From an uncultured Spirochaetales bacterium (GTDB lineage: Bacteria > Spirochaetota > Spirochaetia > SZUA-6), in contig CAZQTC010000023.1 in assembly GCA_964596425.1 (NCBI GenBank), positions 581,367 through 645,366 of the forward strand: 64,000 bases of DNA. The letters run 5' to 3'. Positions within the stretch are counted from its first letter, which is position 1. Each line of letters begins with the position of its first letter. A program made the position numbers and the translations under genes. Of the stretch, positions 53,280 to 63,040 are shown piece by piece. The notes beneath the pieces are model-generated. The model had not been told where the DNA came from. It was given only the letters and a program-made list of their open reading frames with translations, and did no database searches.

Positions 53280-54653
53280 TCACGTTAATCTTCCAAAACT
53301 ACTTACAGCCACTGGACCTGTTAAAAAATCCCACACTCTACCTTTAGCCACAGCACTACTTAAGATAGAAAAAGTACTTTCCAGAGCATTTTCATATCTT
53401 TCCAATATCATGTCTCTATTCACATAGTGGGCATAACTTGCATAGAAAGAGGTTCCTGCCAGAAAGCCTTGTCTTAACATCTCCTGGGAAAAGAGTGTAT
53501 TCAGTGCACGTCGTTCTTCCTCTACAGCAGAACCTTCATCGGATGAATTTGAAGAAAGTTCAAAACGAAAATGCATAAGTGCAAAACGACCCTCTATATT
53601 CACCTTAAGCCCATACTTAGAAGAAACAAATTCCCATATATGCTTCACCTCTTTCCCTACTTCCTCCAACTTCCTGGGAAGATCAATCCTCTCCATCTTT
53701 TCAACCGTTGCAAGAGCAGCAGCAGGTCCAACAGCCTCCGTCCAATAGGTACTACTTATAAAACTCTCCTGAGCCTTATCCATAACATTTGCTTTTCCAA
53801 TCACTGCAGCTATAGGGAAACCGTTTCCTAACGCTTTGGCAAAAACAGCTATATCAGGTTCTATCCCCAGTTCAAGATGAACACCACCAATGCTGTGTCG
53901 CCACCCGGATGTTATCTCATCAAAAATCAAAACACACCCACACTTCGTGGCTAGTCTCCGCACCTCTTCTAAAAAATTATCTCTGGGTTCCTGATATCTG
54001 AGGGGCTCCATTACAATAGTTCCAATTTTCTCTCCCTGAGATTCTAAAATATTTCTTAATTCATCTACCCGATTGTAGCCAAAAGGGAAAATTGTGCCTT
54101 TTAAGCTTTTTGGAACCCCATTGGGCAAAAGCCCAGACAACAAATGCCCATCAAGCTTAGAGTTATCAACAAGATTTGCTGCCAGATACCAATCATGCCA
54201 CCCGTGATAGCCACAAAAGGCTATTCCATCTCTACCCGAATAGGCTCGTGCAATTCTAATCGCAACTGTCATGATTTCTCCACCTGTGCGAGCAAATCTA
54301 ACCATCTCGGCCCATGGATGAAACTTGAGTAGGATCTCCGCAAGCTTAACCTCTAAATATGTATTTAGAGAAGACATACTTCCATTTCTCACAATATCTA
54401 TTACAGCCCTATTCACCTCTGGATCAGCGTAACCCAACACACATGTTCCTATTCCCATAGTACTCATATCCATGTATTGATTTCCGTCCAAGTCCCATAT
54501 AGAACACCCAGAGGCCCTTGAATAATATGCAGGCCATTGTTCAGGGACAAATAACTCAGGCCTTTTGCTAAAGAGTTGAGTTCCACCAGGAATTATCTGT
54601 TTAGCCCTTTTATAAAGCGCTTGCGTCTTTACTCTCTCAAAATCTCTTATCAT
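53280..54653 (-). CDS. Class-III (fold type I) PLP-dependent aminotransferase (glutamate-1-semialdehyde aminomutase-like)
   Basis: 457 aa; class-III aminotransferase architecture; lysine region (FAKALGNGFPIAAVIG) consistent with the PLP-Lys site. Confidence 0.85.
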   Translation of the reverse strand: MIRDFERVKTQALYKRAKQIIPGGTQLFSKRPELFVPEQWPAYYSRASGCSIWDLDGNQYMDMSTMGIGTCVLGYADPEVNRAVIDIVRNGSMSSLNTYLEVKLAEILLKFHPWAEMVRFARTGGEIMTVAIRIARAYSGRDGIAFCGYHGWHDWYLAANLVDNSKLDGHLLSGLLPNGVPKSLKGTIFPFGYNRVDELRNILESQGEKIGTIVMEPLRYQEPRDNFLEEVRRLATKCGCVLIFDEITSGWRHSIGGVHLELGIEPDIAVFAKALGNGFPIAAVIGKANVMDKAQESFISSTYWTEAVGPAAALATVEKMERIDLPRKLEEVGKEVKHIWEFVSSKYGLKVNIEGRFALMHFRFELSSNSSDEGSAVEEERRALNTLFSQEMLRQGFLAGTSFYASYAHYVNRDMILERYENALESTFSILSSAVAKGRVWDFLTGPVAVSSFGRLT

Positions 54654-54680
54654 TAGCCCCTATCCAAACAATTCCTTATA

Positions 54681-54806
54681 TTGCCAATTTTAACCATGCA
54701 TTTCCATATTGTCAATTGATTATACCAAATTTACTAATAATTTTCTATTTAGAACCTTATCATATATTATTAGCAATTTTAATTGACAAAAACATATTAT
54801 ATATGT
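54681..54806. promoter_or_regulatory. Divergent control region with inverted and direct repeats
   Basis: TTGTCAATT (54709-54717) and its inverse AATTGACAA (54781-54789); direct repeat CAATTTTAA at 54685-54693 and 54774-54782; palindrome ACATAT-TAT-ATATGT (54792-54806) 14 nt upstream of a GTG start. Confidence 0.35.
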
Positions 54807-54819
54807 TAATAGTTTTGAT

Positions 54820-55899
54820 GTGGATTCTTATTCAAGGGTCAAAAACACAATCCGAAAACAAGAACCAGACAGGCCCCCCACAGATTTTTCTGCAACCCCA
54901 GAAACTATCAAAAAGCTATTAACTAATCTTAAACTTGAAAATTTAAATCAACTTTTGGATTATTTTGAAATCGATATACGATGGGTTTACCCCAAATTTA
55001 TAGGCCCTAAGGAGCTTTCAGGTGCAGCGGGAGTAACTGCCAAAGGGAAAGATTTCCTCGGTATAGTCTGGAAACCTGTAAAAAATCGATACGCCACCTA
55101 CAATGAAATAGTCTATAGTCCTCTATCCGAAGCCAAAACAGTCAAGGAAATAGAAAACTATAATTGGCCCTCTGTCGATTGGTTCGATTTTTCCCATTTG
55201 AAAGAAATAATAAAACGAATAAACGAGAAAGAACAACACGCAATTGCATATTTCGCCGGAGGAGCCTTTGAAACCCCATGGTATATGCGTGGAATGGAAC
55301 AATTTTTAATCGATCTTGCAACACAACCAGAAATTGCAGAAGCAATAAGCAAAAAATGTGTGGAATTTTATAAGGCAAGAGCCTTAAAAGCATTGGAGCA
55401 AACCAATGGGCAAATAAATATCATCGGCAGTGGAGGAGATATTGGAACACAAAGGGGAATGATGATCTCCCCTGAAATATGGCGAAAACATATAAAGCCC
55501 TATACACGGGTATTAATAGAAACCTTTAAGAAAATGGGCTATATAACCTTCTATCATTCGTGTGGTTCAATTGTTCCTGTTATTGAGGATTTCATTGAAA
55601 TAGGATTAGATATTCTAGATCCTATCCAAACAAGTGCTACGGGGATGTCTCCTACCTTTCTAAAAGAAAAATTCGGAGAGAAACTAACCTTTCACGGTGG
55701 TATAGACGAACAGCAAATACTTCCTTTTTACACCCCAAAAGAGTTAGAAAAAGAAATTGTCCATTTAATAGATACCCTCGGCAAAGGCGGAGGATATATT
55801 CCTTGTGCGGCACATGCCATTCAACCCGATACACCAGTAGAAAATATAATCACAATGTACAAAACAATACTAAATTACAGATATAATTCCAAACAGTAA
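54820..55899 (+). CDS. Uroporphyrinogen-decarboxylase (URO-D)/MtaA-CmuA-family protein
   Basis: 359 aa with URO-D-fold-like sequence throughout; apparent GTG start (stop at 54811 excludes upstream ATG); no corrinoid protein gene nearby. Confidence 0.75.
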   Translation: MDSYSRVKNTIRKQEPDRPPTDFSATPETIKKLLTNLKLENLNQLLDYFEIDIRWVYPKFIGPKELSGAAGVTAKGKDFLGIVWKPVKNRYATYNEIVYSPLSEAKTVKEIENYNWPSVDWFDFSHLKEIIKRINEKEQHAIAYFAGGAFETPWYMRGMEQFLIDLATQPEIAEAISKKCVEFYKARALKALEQTNGQINIIGSGGDIGTQRGMMISPEIWRKHIKPYTRVLIETFKKMGYITFYHSCGSIVPVIEDFIEIGLDILDPIQTSATGMSPTFLKEKFGEKLTFHGGIDEQQILPFYTPKELEKEIVHLIDTLGKGGGYIPCAAHAIQPDTPVENIITMYKTILNYRYNSKQ

Positions 55900-55907
55900 A
55901 ACGGCTA

Positions 55908-56930
55908 CTACCAATCTAATGACGGTTGTGAGGTGATATCGACCCGTTCCTCTTTGCCACTCCGATAGCTCTTCTCTACCGCAGCAGTTATAGCTGTAAT
56001 CATCGCATTATCCATATAATTCAGAGGCCAATTACTCTTTCCCTTCACCGCATTAATAAACAGAGCAATCTCTTCAAAGTATGCATCCTCCAACACCTCC
56101 CTCTGCGTACCACACCGATAAACCTCGCCATGGGTATCATCATCAGTAACTTCCAACAGCCCCTTTAAGATGTCAAACTCAGCGATACCTTTTATTCCGG
56201 CTATCCAGCCCTTACGCATCACCCTTCTACTCCCGATAAGCAGACTAAAACTCCCGGCGAGTCTATCACCACCCTTAACAATGATATTCCAACAGTCCTC
56301 AAAGTTACCGGTAGTCTCCCCTCGCCTTCCTATGTGAGCATACACAGAGGAAAAATCTCTACCGAGAATATCCCATAGATAGGTAAGCTCGAAAGCAAGC
56401 ATATCCCTACCAGCAGAGGTTTCACGTTTACGAGCATAGTATTCTCTCCCTTCGTCAGAATGCCATGCCGGTTCATAAGTGGAGAGAAACATATGCCATG
56501 ATTGTACCTTACCAAGTATCCCAGAGTTAATTATCTCTTTTAATTTCTTTACAATTGGTAAAAAGATCATTGTATTGGAAGGAGCTGCAACCAATTTCTT
56601 TTCAGCAGCATTTTTCATAACAAAATCATAGTTGTAAGTCCAGATACTAGCCTCACAAAAGTGATGTAATCCATTTTCGACCGCAAATCGAACATAGTAA
56701 TCATGTTGATCCGGTGGAGTCGATATAACTAACACTTCAGGCGAAAATTCTTTTATCGCTCTGTCGAAAGTATCAAAAACAGGAATAGAAAACTGTTCCC
56801 TTGCCCTTTTACGCCTGTCCTCTCTCTTATCAAATAGGGCAACATCCAGTTTACCAATTTTTATCAAATCCCTCATCCGCCTAGTTCCCATAGATCCCCC
56901 TCCGATTTGAAGAACCTTCACTCTTTCCAT
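55908..56930 (-). CDS. Gfo/Idh/MocA-family oxidoreductase
   Basis: 340 aa; N-terminal Rossmann region (VLQIGGGSMGTRRMRDL). Confidence 0.75.
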   Translation of the reverse strand: MERVKVLQIGGGSMGTRRMRDLIKIGKLDVALFDKREDRRKRAREQFSIPVFDTFDRAIKEFSPEVLVISTPPDQHDYYVRFAVENGLHHFCEASIWTYNYDFVMKNAAEKKLVAAPSNTMIFLPIVKKLKEIINSGILGKVQSWHMFLSTYEPAWHSDEGREYYARKRETSAGRDMLAFELTYLWDILGRDFSSVYAHIGRRGETTGNFEDCWNIIVKGGDRLAGSFSLLIGSRRVMRKGWIAGIKGIAEFDILKGLLEVTDDDTHGEVYRCGTQREVLEDAYFEEIALFINAVKGKSNWPLNYMDNAMITAITAAVEKSYRSGKEERVDITSQPSLDW

Positions 56931-57069
56931 ACCCCCTTACTTATCAAAATTATCTAAATCAAACATGAAAACCTATCACCACCCAATCCTTAAAATACCA
57001 CAAAAAAGCGCTATTGTCACTAAATTAGATGTTTAATGGGTATTTAGAATAAATACTTACACTTAAACC

Positions 57070-57098
57070 TTGACTAAAAGGTAAAAATGCTTTAATAT
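57070..57098 (+). promoter_or_regulatory. Sigma70-like promoter TTGACT-17 nt-TAATAT for the plus-strand amino-sugar operon
   Basis: TTGACT at 57070-57075, 17-nt spacer, TAATAT at 57093-57098; about 100 nt upstream of the degT-like start. Confidence 0.4.
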
Positions 57099-57131
57099 AC
57101 TAATTTGTGGACGGTTTCCATATTTATCCGT

Positions 57132-57157
57132 TACTTTATACTTTAATTTATACTTTA
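57132..57157 (+). promoter_or_regulatory. Three TACTTTA repeats between the promoter and RBS; possible operator
   Basis: TACTTTA at 57132-57138, 57139-57145 and 57151-57157, between the predicted -10 and the GGAGG RBS (57184-57188). Confidence 0.3.
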
Positions 57158-57194
57158 AATGGTGAGTATCATAAAATAATTTGGAGGTATCTAG

Positions 57195-58523
57195 ATGAGT
57201 TCAAAATTAGCAATTGATGGAGGAGAACCGGTAATTGATCCCTCAACAATAAAACCATGGCCAATAATAGGTGAAAAAGAAAAACAGGCCGTAATGAGGG
57301 TCTTAGAGGGAGATTACCTCTGCGGTGGAGAAGCACCAGAAGTAAAGGCCCTGGAAGATGAATGGAGTAAATACATCGGCAGAAAACATTGTCTTACAAC
57401 GGCAAGCGGTACGGCTGCTTTACACATGGCATTAGCAGCTCTCAATATAGGTCCTGGAGACGAAGTTATAGTTCCAGCTTATACCTTTCTTGCCTCGGCC
57501 TCATGCGTCTTACACGCCAATGCAATTCCTATCTTTGTCGATATCGATAGGAAAACCTACACAATTGATCCTGATAAAATTGAAGAAAAAATAACAGAAA
57601 GAACAAAAGCCATAATTCCTGTGCATCTACATGGATTACCAGCTGATATGGACAAAATTCTCGAAATCGCAAAAAAACACAACCTATACGTAGTAGAAGA
57701 TGCCTGTCAGGCTCACGGCGCCGAGTACAAGGGTAAGAAAGTCGGTAACTTTGGGGAGCTAGCCGCTTTTAGTCTCAACAGCTCAAAAAATCTTTGTGCA
57801 GGAGAAGGTGGCCTTTTAGTAATGGATGACGATACATACTATATGCGAGCAAATATGCTAAGGATGTTTGGTGATGAGATAGATGACGAAACCAAACTAA
57901 GAGTCTACAACGCATCAATCCTGGGATACATGTACAGAAACCAAGAGCTACCGGCAGCTTTTACCAGAGCACAATTGGAACGCCTCGACGAGAACAATGA
58001 GATACGAATAAGGAATTGTAATTATCTAACAGAACATCTAAAGGATATTCCCGGGGTTCACACTCCCTATGTTCCAGATGGATACAAACATGTTTATTGG
58101 ATGTATATCGTAGAGTTTTATCCTGAAGAGGTTGGTATAGATATGAGCCCGCGTGAGTTTAGAATAGGCGTAGAAAAAGCTCTATTCGCAGAGGGTGTCC
58201 AGATTGGTCAATGGCAGACAATGCCAGTTCCGGCTCAGGATCTCTTCCAGACAAAAATGGGATATGCAGGGAGCGGATACCCATGGAATTATACCGAGCA
58301 TGGGAAACAAATAGTATATAGGGGAGAAGATTATCCCAATGCCATGGACCTATGTGACAGGTACACTGCCGTAGTAGGTTTTCAACCACCTAACGGATTG
58401 GATTTGATGGAAAAGTATGTAGAGGCATTTAAGAAAGTATTCTCCAACCTTGATGTAGTAAAAAAGCATTGGCAAGATAATATAGTAGCACACTATAGGG
58501 GTTATCTATTCCGGGCAAAGTAA
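57195..58523 (+). CDS. DegT/DnrJ/EryC1/StrS-family PLP-dependent sugar aminotransferase
   Basis: 442 aa; DegT-family architecture; lysine region (FSLNSSKNLCAGEGG) consistent with the PLP-Lys; GGAGG RBS. Confidence 0.85.
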   Translation: MSSKLAIDGGEPVIDPSTIKPWPIIGEKEKQAVMRVLEGDYLCGGEAPEVKALEDEWSKYIGRKHCLTTASGTAALHMALAALNIGPGDEVIVPAYTFLASASCVLHANAIPIFVDIDRKTYTIDPDKIEEKITERTKAIIPVHLHGLPADMDKILEIAKKHNLYVVEDACQAHGAEYKGKKVGNFGELAAFSLNSSKNLCAGEGGLLVMDDDTYYMRANMLRMFGDEIDDETKLRVYNASILGYMYRNQELPAAFTRAQLERLDENNEIRIRNCNYLTEHLKDIPGVHTPYVPDGYKHVYWMYIVEFYPEEVGIDMSPREFRIGVEKALFAEGVQIGQWQTMPVPAQDLFQTKMGYAGSGYPWNYTEHGKQIVYRGEDYPNAMDLCDRYTAVVGFQPPNGLDLMEKYVEAFKKVFSNLDVVKKHWQDNIVAHYRGYLFRAK

Positions 58524-58542
58524 AAATAAGGAGACTTGAATT

Positions 58543-59568
58543 ATGAAAAGACTATATGCGAGAAAACCATTTGACTTTAAAATAGAGGAGTTTGAACCAA
58601 AAAAACCGGGATTAAATGAGGTACTTGTAAAAGTCCATGCATGTGGAGTTTGCGGAACGGATCTCCACTTTGCAAGGGACTGGGGACCGGACTATGCGCC
58701 GCTGGGGCATGAAATCTCTGCAGAGGTAGTAGAAGTTGGAGAGGGTGACATTCCTTACTCACCTGGAGATAAAGTAATAGTAGAGGACGTAGCCCAGTGT
58801 GGTATATGCGAGGATTGTAAATCCGGTAAACCCTATCTCTGTAGAAACATGTACGATCTTCAGGGACAACCCGGCATGGCAGAGATGATGACAGTGAATT
58901 ACCATCTCCTTGACAAATTTGATGGGATTCCATGGGTAGATGCTACCCTAACAGAACCCATGGCTGTGGCCTACAACACTGTGTTGAATGCCAATATTCC
59001 ATTGGGAGGAAACGTTGTTATCATGGGTCCCGGACCAATAGGTCTTATGTGTGTGAGTCTTGCCAAAATGCGTGGGGCAGGAAAAATTGCACTAATAGGA
59101 ACTACAAAGAAAAAACCAAGAGGGAAGAAGAGGCTTGAGGCTGGAGAAGAACTGGGAGCGGATTATATAATACAATCCCAGGAGGAGGATCCTGTAAAGA
59201 GTGTCAAGGCAATTTTCCCAAAGGGAGCCGATAGTGTAATTGTTACATCACCTCCTAAAACTCTTCCACAGGCAACACAACTGGCCCGTTACGGAGGAAC
59301 TATAACCTATATAGGAATAAACCTTGGGGGACAACAGAGGATAGAACTCGATGTAAACGAACTTATATTTAACAAACATTCTCTAATACCTACATTTGCA
59401 GAACCGGCACAAAATTTTCCTGATACGATAAATATCTTAAGAAACAAGCTCTTCGACGCCTCAAAGATAATAACCACTACCTTTTCGTTCGAAGAGGCAG
59501 AGGAAATATTTAGAAAAGCTGATTCCGGAGAGGAGCCAATAATCAAAGCGGTACTGGTGACTTCATAA
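58543..59568 (+). CDS. Zinc-dependent alcohol dehydrogenase (MDR family, sorbitol/threonine-DH-like)
   Basis: 341 aa; catalytic Zn ligands (C...H...E), structural Zn Cys cluster (CGICEDCKSGKPYLC), GPGPIG NAD motif. Confidence 0.85.
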   Translation: MKRLYARKPFDFKIEEFEPKKPGLNEVLVKVHACGVCGTDLHFARDWGPDYAPLGHEISAEVVEVGEGDIPYSPGDKVIVEDVAQCGICEDCKSGKPYLCRNMYDLQGQPGMAEMMTVNYHLLDKFDGIPWVDATLTEPMAVAYNTVLNANIPLGGNVVIMGPGPIGLMCVSLAKMRGAGKIALIGTTKKKPRGKKRLEAGEELGADYIIQSQEEDPVKSVKAIFPKGADSVIVTSPPKTLPQATQLARYGGTITYIGINLGGQQRIELDVNELIFNKHSLIPTFAEPAQNFPDTINILRNKLFDASKIITTTFSFEEAEEIFRKADSGEEPIIKAVLVTS

Positions 59569-59584
59569 ACTTAAGAAGGGAGTT

Positions 59585-60817
59585 ATGGAAATACTTCTGC
59601 AAAATGGAAGAATCTTTCTCGAGAGTGGGGTTATCGAGAGGGGTTATTTACTCTTAAGGGATGGGATAATAATTTCTGTGGGTCCAATGGATATCACCCC
59701 AAGCTTAAATCCTTCAAGTTTAAATTCATCCCCCAGGGAAACCATCGACCTAAACGGTCTTATTGTTCTCCCCGGGCTAATTGACATTCACACACACGGC
59801 ATACTCAACATAAATATACTCAACTGTAACGAAGCCGATATAGCAAGAATGCTAGGCGAACTTATAAAATACGGAGTTACAGGATTTCTTCCAACAACAA
59901 TGGCATTTCCCCTGGATAGGATAATTAATCAGGTAAAAAATATTAAGAGGGTGAAAGACACACATCCACTTGGATCCATGATACTGGGAGTTCACCTAGA
60001 GGGACCATGGTTATCCATAAAAAAGAGGGGTGCGCATGCCGAAAAACATCTCTTAATTCCCCAAAAGAAAGACATCGAAAGGGTAGTAGAAGAAATAGGT
60101 GATATAGTAAAAACAGTCACCTTCTCTCCAGAGATAGAAAATGCCCCTCTTCTTACAGAGATGCTAGCTCAGAATGGAATAATTCCTGTGATTGGGCATA
60201 CGGCGGCTACCTACAAAGAGACCATGGCAGTAATTGAAAGAGGAGCAAGACATGTCACACATACCTTTGATGCTATGCATGGGTTTGGTGAAAAAGGTAA
60301 TGAACCAGGGGTTATGGAACCGGGAGTAGAAACTGCGGTTCTTATAAATGACTCTGTAAGTATAGAGTTAATAGGGTGTCCCATCCATGTCCCCTTACCA
60401 TTTTTTAAACTTGTAGATAAGATAAAACCTGAAGACAAAAAGATACTTATAACCGATGCAGGAATAGGTACAGGAATGCCCAATGGTACCATCGTAGAGA
60501 TAGAACCGGGAAGAAAGGCTTATGTAGACGGGGGAGTTTTACGCCTCACTGGAGAGAGGGACCCCAAATTAAACGGCGGACTTGCAGGAAGTGCCGTAAC
60601 AATGAATGTTGCCCTGAAACGACTGGTAACACTTGCAAATATTCCCCTTTACAAGGCCATAAGATGGGCATCCAGCAACCCTGCCATTCTATTGGGAATC
60701 AATAACATAATGGGAAGCATACGTCCCGGAAAGAAAGCTAATATAACAATAATCAATGATAATTTTAAAGTAAAGTTTACAATATTAGAGGGCAAAATAG
60801 TTTACAGAGGAGATTAA
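59585..60817 (+). CDS. nagA: N-acetylglucosamine-6-phosphate deacetylase-like amidohydrolase
   Basis: 410 aa; amidohydrolase-1 metal ligands (IDIHTHG...); NagA-like length and organisation. Confidence 0.75.
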   Translation: MEILLQNGRIFLESGVIERGYLLLRDGIIISVGPMDITPSLNPSSLNSSPRETIDLNGLIVLPGLIDIHTHGILNINILNCNEADIARMLGELIKYGVTGFLPTTMAFPLDRIINQVKNIKRVKDTHPLGSMILGVHLEGPWLSIKKRGAHAEKHLLIPQKKDIERVVEEIGDIVKTVTFSPEIENAPLLTEMLAQNGIIPVIGHTAATYKETMAVIERGARHVTHTFDAMHGFGEKGNEPGVMEPGVETAVLINDSVSIELIGCPIHVPLPFFKLVDKIKPEDKKILITDAGIGTGMPNGTIVEIEPGRKAYVDGGVLRLTGERDPKLNGGLAGSAVTMNVALKRLVTLANIPLYKAIRWASSNPAILLGINNIMGSIRPGKKANITIINDNFKVKFTILEGKIVYRGD

Positions 60818-60820
60818 CCT

Positions 60821-62116
60821 ATGAAGGCAGGTGCATCAAAAGTAGAAATAACACCTAAAATCGGAGTGTGGTTGGATGGTATTCCAAGAGATAAACCCTC
60901 AGACAGTATTCTGTCTCCACTCTACGCACGTACTCTCTACATTACGAACGGAATAACAGAAGTTGTAATTGTGGTATGCGATGTAATAGGTTTAGACGAA
61001 AGGGACGTGACAGAGATAAAAAGATCAATAGAAAAACAAATCGGTATCTCTGAGGAAAATATAGTAATAGCATCTACTCACACTCATTCAGGACCCTCCA
61101 CCCTGGGGATTTTGGCTCCCAAAGAAATGGATTATCTTAAGGAACTACCTCCCAAAATCATCCACGCTGTGATAGAGGCAAAAAAATCCGCTGCTGATTG
61201 CAAAATAAAGGTCACCTATGGCTACGAACCCATGATAAGCGAATACAGGAGACTCAAAGACAAAAATGGGAAAATATGGATGAATTGGGAAGAGTACGAC
61301 AAAAATAACATCGTAGGACCGGCAGGACCCTACGATCCAGAAGTGGGAATTATCAGCATAGTGGATAACAGCGATAACACCATAGCACTTCTCTTCAATC
61401 ATACCGGACATCCCAATACACTAACCGGATTTGACTATGCAATTACATCAGATTACCCGGGAGAAGCCTGCAGATTACTGGAAGACAAATTTGGGGGTAC
61501 TGCAATTTTCTTTAACGGTGCCCAAGGAAGTTCCGATATACCAGGATTCAATGATCGAAATCCAGAAGGTATAAAGAAACGGGGTAAAATCCTCTACCAG
61601 GCGGTAGTTGATACTCTGGACGAAAATAAGGAAGAATACATTTTTACAAACAAATTGGGAATACTTAAGGTTAAAGTAAAAATACCGCGACGCGAGATTC
61701 CAAACAGTGAGATAGAGAATGCAAAAGAGATAATTCAAAGAGCCAACCACGGTGAAAAGAGCTTAAGGGATGGAGTTGATGAGGACATATATGCAAAGTG
61801 GCTATTAGATTTACTGGCTGAAAATAAAGAAAGTTATCTACTTCCATTTAGTGGTATCAGAATAGGAGATGCATACATTTTTGCAGAACCAGGAGAACTA
61901 TTCACAGAAATAGGATTACGTATCAAGAAATATTCTCCATTTACCTACACATTCATAATGGGACTTGCAGACGGTTATTTTGGTTACATTCCCACAGCAA
62001 GAGCCATACGGGAGGGTGGGTATGCCACAAGAACAGGCATACATAGCAAACTTGACAAGCATGCGGAAAATTACATTATAGCCACTGCTATCAGACTTGG
62101 GGAGGAACTCATATGA
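60821..62116 (+). CDS. Neutral/alkaline ceramidase-like N-terminal-domain hydrolase (putative N-acyl amidase)
   Basis: 431 aa; ASTHTHSGP motif typical of the neutral-ceramidase domain family; no signal peptide; 4 nt after the nagA-like gene; ATGA overlap with the next gene. Confidence 0.55.
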   Translation: MKAGASKVEITPKIGVWLDGIPRDKPSDSILSPLYARTLYITNGITEVVIVVCDVIGLDERDVTEIKRSIEKQIGISEENIVIASTHTHSGPSTLGILAPKEMDYLKELPPKIIHAVIEAKKSAADCKIKVTYGYEPMISEYRRLKDKNGKIWMNWEEYDKNNIVGPAGPYDPEVGIISIVDNSDNTIALLFNHTGHPNTLTGFDYAITSDYPGEACRLLEDKFGGTAIFFNGAQGSSDIPGFNDRNPEGIKKRGKILYQAVVDTLDENKEEYIFTNKLGILKVKVKIPRREIPNSEIENAKEIIQRANHGEKSLRDGVDEDIYAKWLLDLLAENKESYLLPFSGIRIGDAYIFAEPGELFTEIGLRIKKYSPFTYTFIMGLADGYFGYIPTARAIREGGYATRTGIHSKLDKHAENYIIATAIRLGEELI

Positions 62117-63006
62117 AATTGATTTACTCTGCGACGATAACACCCCTCAAAGATGAAACACATGTGGACCAAGTTTCTCTGGAACGACTGTTAAAATTCA
62201 ACCTAGAAATGGGAATCAAAGGCTTTTTTTTCTTCGGAAGCATGGGTGAATGGGCACTTCTAAATAACAAAATGCGGGAGGAAATCTTGGAGGTCGGAGC
62301 TTCGCTGCTAAAGGGAAAAGCCGAGATAATAGCGGGTATCTCCTCCACAGGTCTAAATGGAATACTGGAAAATATGGAAAAAGCTTCCAAATATGGGGTA
62401 GACTCCTACGCAGTAATGTTTCCCAGTGGTTGGGCAGGACCACAAGAACCGGTAGACTACCTACATCACATAGCAGATGTATCAGACAGGCCCCTATATT
62501 TATATTATCTCCCTTCCTATAACGGAATTTCACTCACCAAGGAAGAGCTACAAAATATCCTAAAACATACCAATATTAAAGGAATAAAAAACTCCTCAGA
62601 CAGCTTAAAAAAGCGAAAAGAACTTCTTAATCTCCGAAAGCAAATTGATTTTCTCCTATTTGAGGGACAGGAGTGGGTGGTAGATGAGTCACTCTTTCTA
62701 GGTTGTGACGGAGCCCTTGTGGGAATGGGATCTTTAGCCGGCAAACTGTTCTCTCAGATTGCCAGAGCTGTAGATGAAGGACAATTCAAAGAAGCTTCCA
62801 GACTCCAAAATATACTTATTGAGATATTTGACGGTATATACGGGAAAAATCTTACAACTGTTTGGATAGGTCAAAAATATGCACTGGAACTACTTGGGTT
62901 ATTTTCCACTCATATAACCCTCGTCCCGTCACAAAAAGAATTGGGAAGAGAAGAAAAAAAACGAATTGAAAATTGTGTAGAGAAGTATAGAGAGTATCTC
63001 ACTTGA
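62113..63006 (+). CDS. DapA/NanA-family class-I aldolase (N-acetylneuraminate lyase/DHDPS-like)
   Basis: 297 aa; DHDPS/NAL-family TIM-barrel-like sequence (GFFFFGSMGEWALL...). Confidence 0.8.
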   Translation: MKLIYSATITPLKDETHVDQVSLERLLKFNLEMGIKGFFFFGSMGEWALLNNKMREEILEVGASLLKGKAEIIAGISSTGLNGILENMEKASKYGVDSYAVMFPSGWAGPQEPVDYLHHIADVSDRPLYLYYLPSYNGISLTKEELQNILKHTNIKGIKNSSDSLKKRKELLNLRKQIDFLLFEGQEWVVDESLFLGCDGALVGMGSLAGKLFSQIARAVDEGQFKEASRLQNILIEIFDGIYGKNLTTVWIGQKYALELLGLFSTHITLVPSQKELGREEKKRIENCVEKYREYLT

Positions 63007-63040
63007 AAGCTTCTATCAATTTCTCTATACTGCCAATATC

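Noticed and set aside
58577-58933. 118-aa minus-strand ORF inside the Zn-ADH gene, and similar antisense ORFs (e.g. 2014-2382, 15914-16246, 43024-43317)
   Set aside because: All lie antisense within well-supported conserved genes and have Pro/Ser/Leu-rich shadow-ORF composition.
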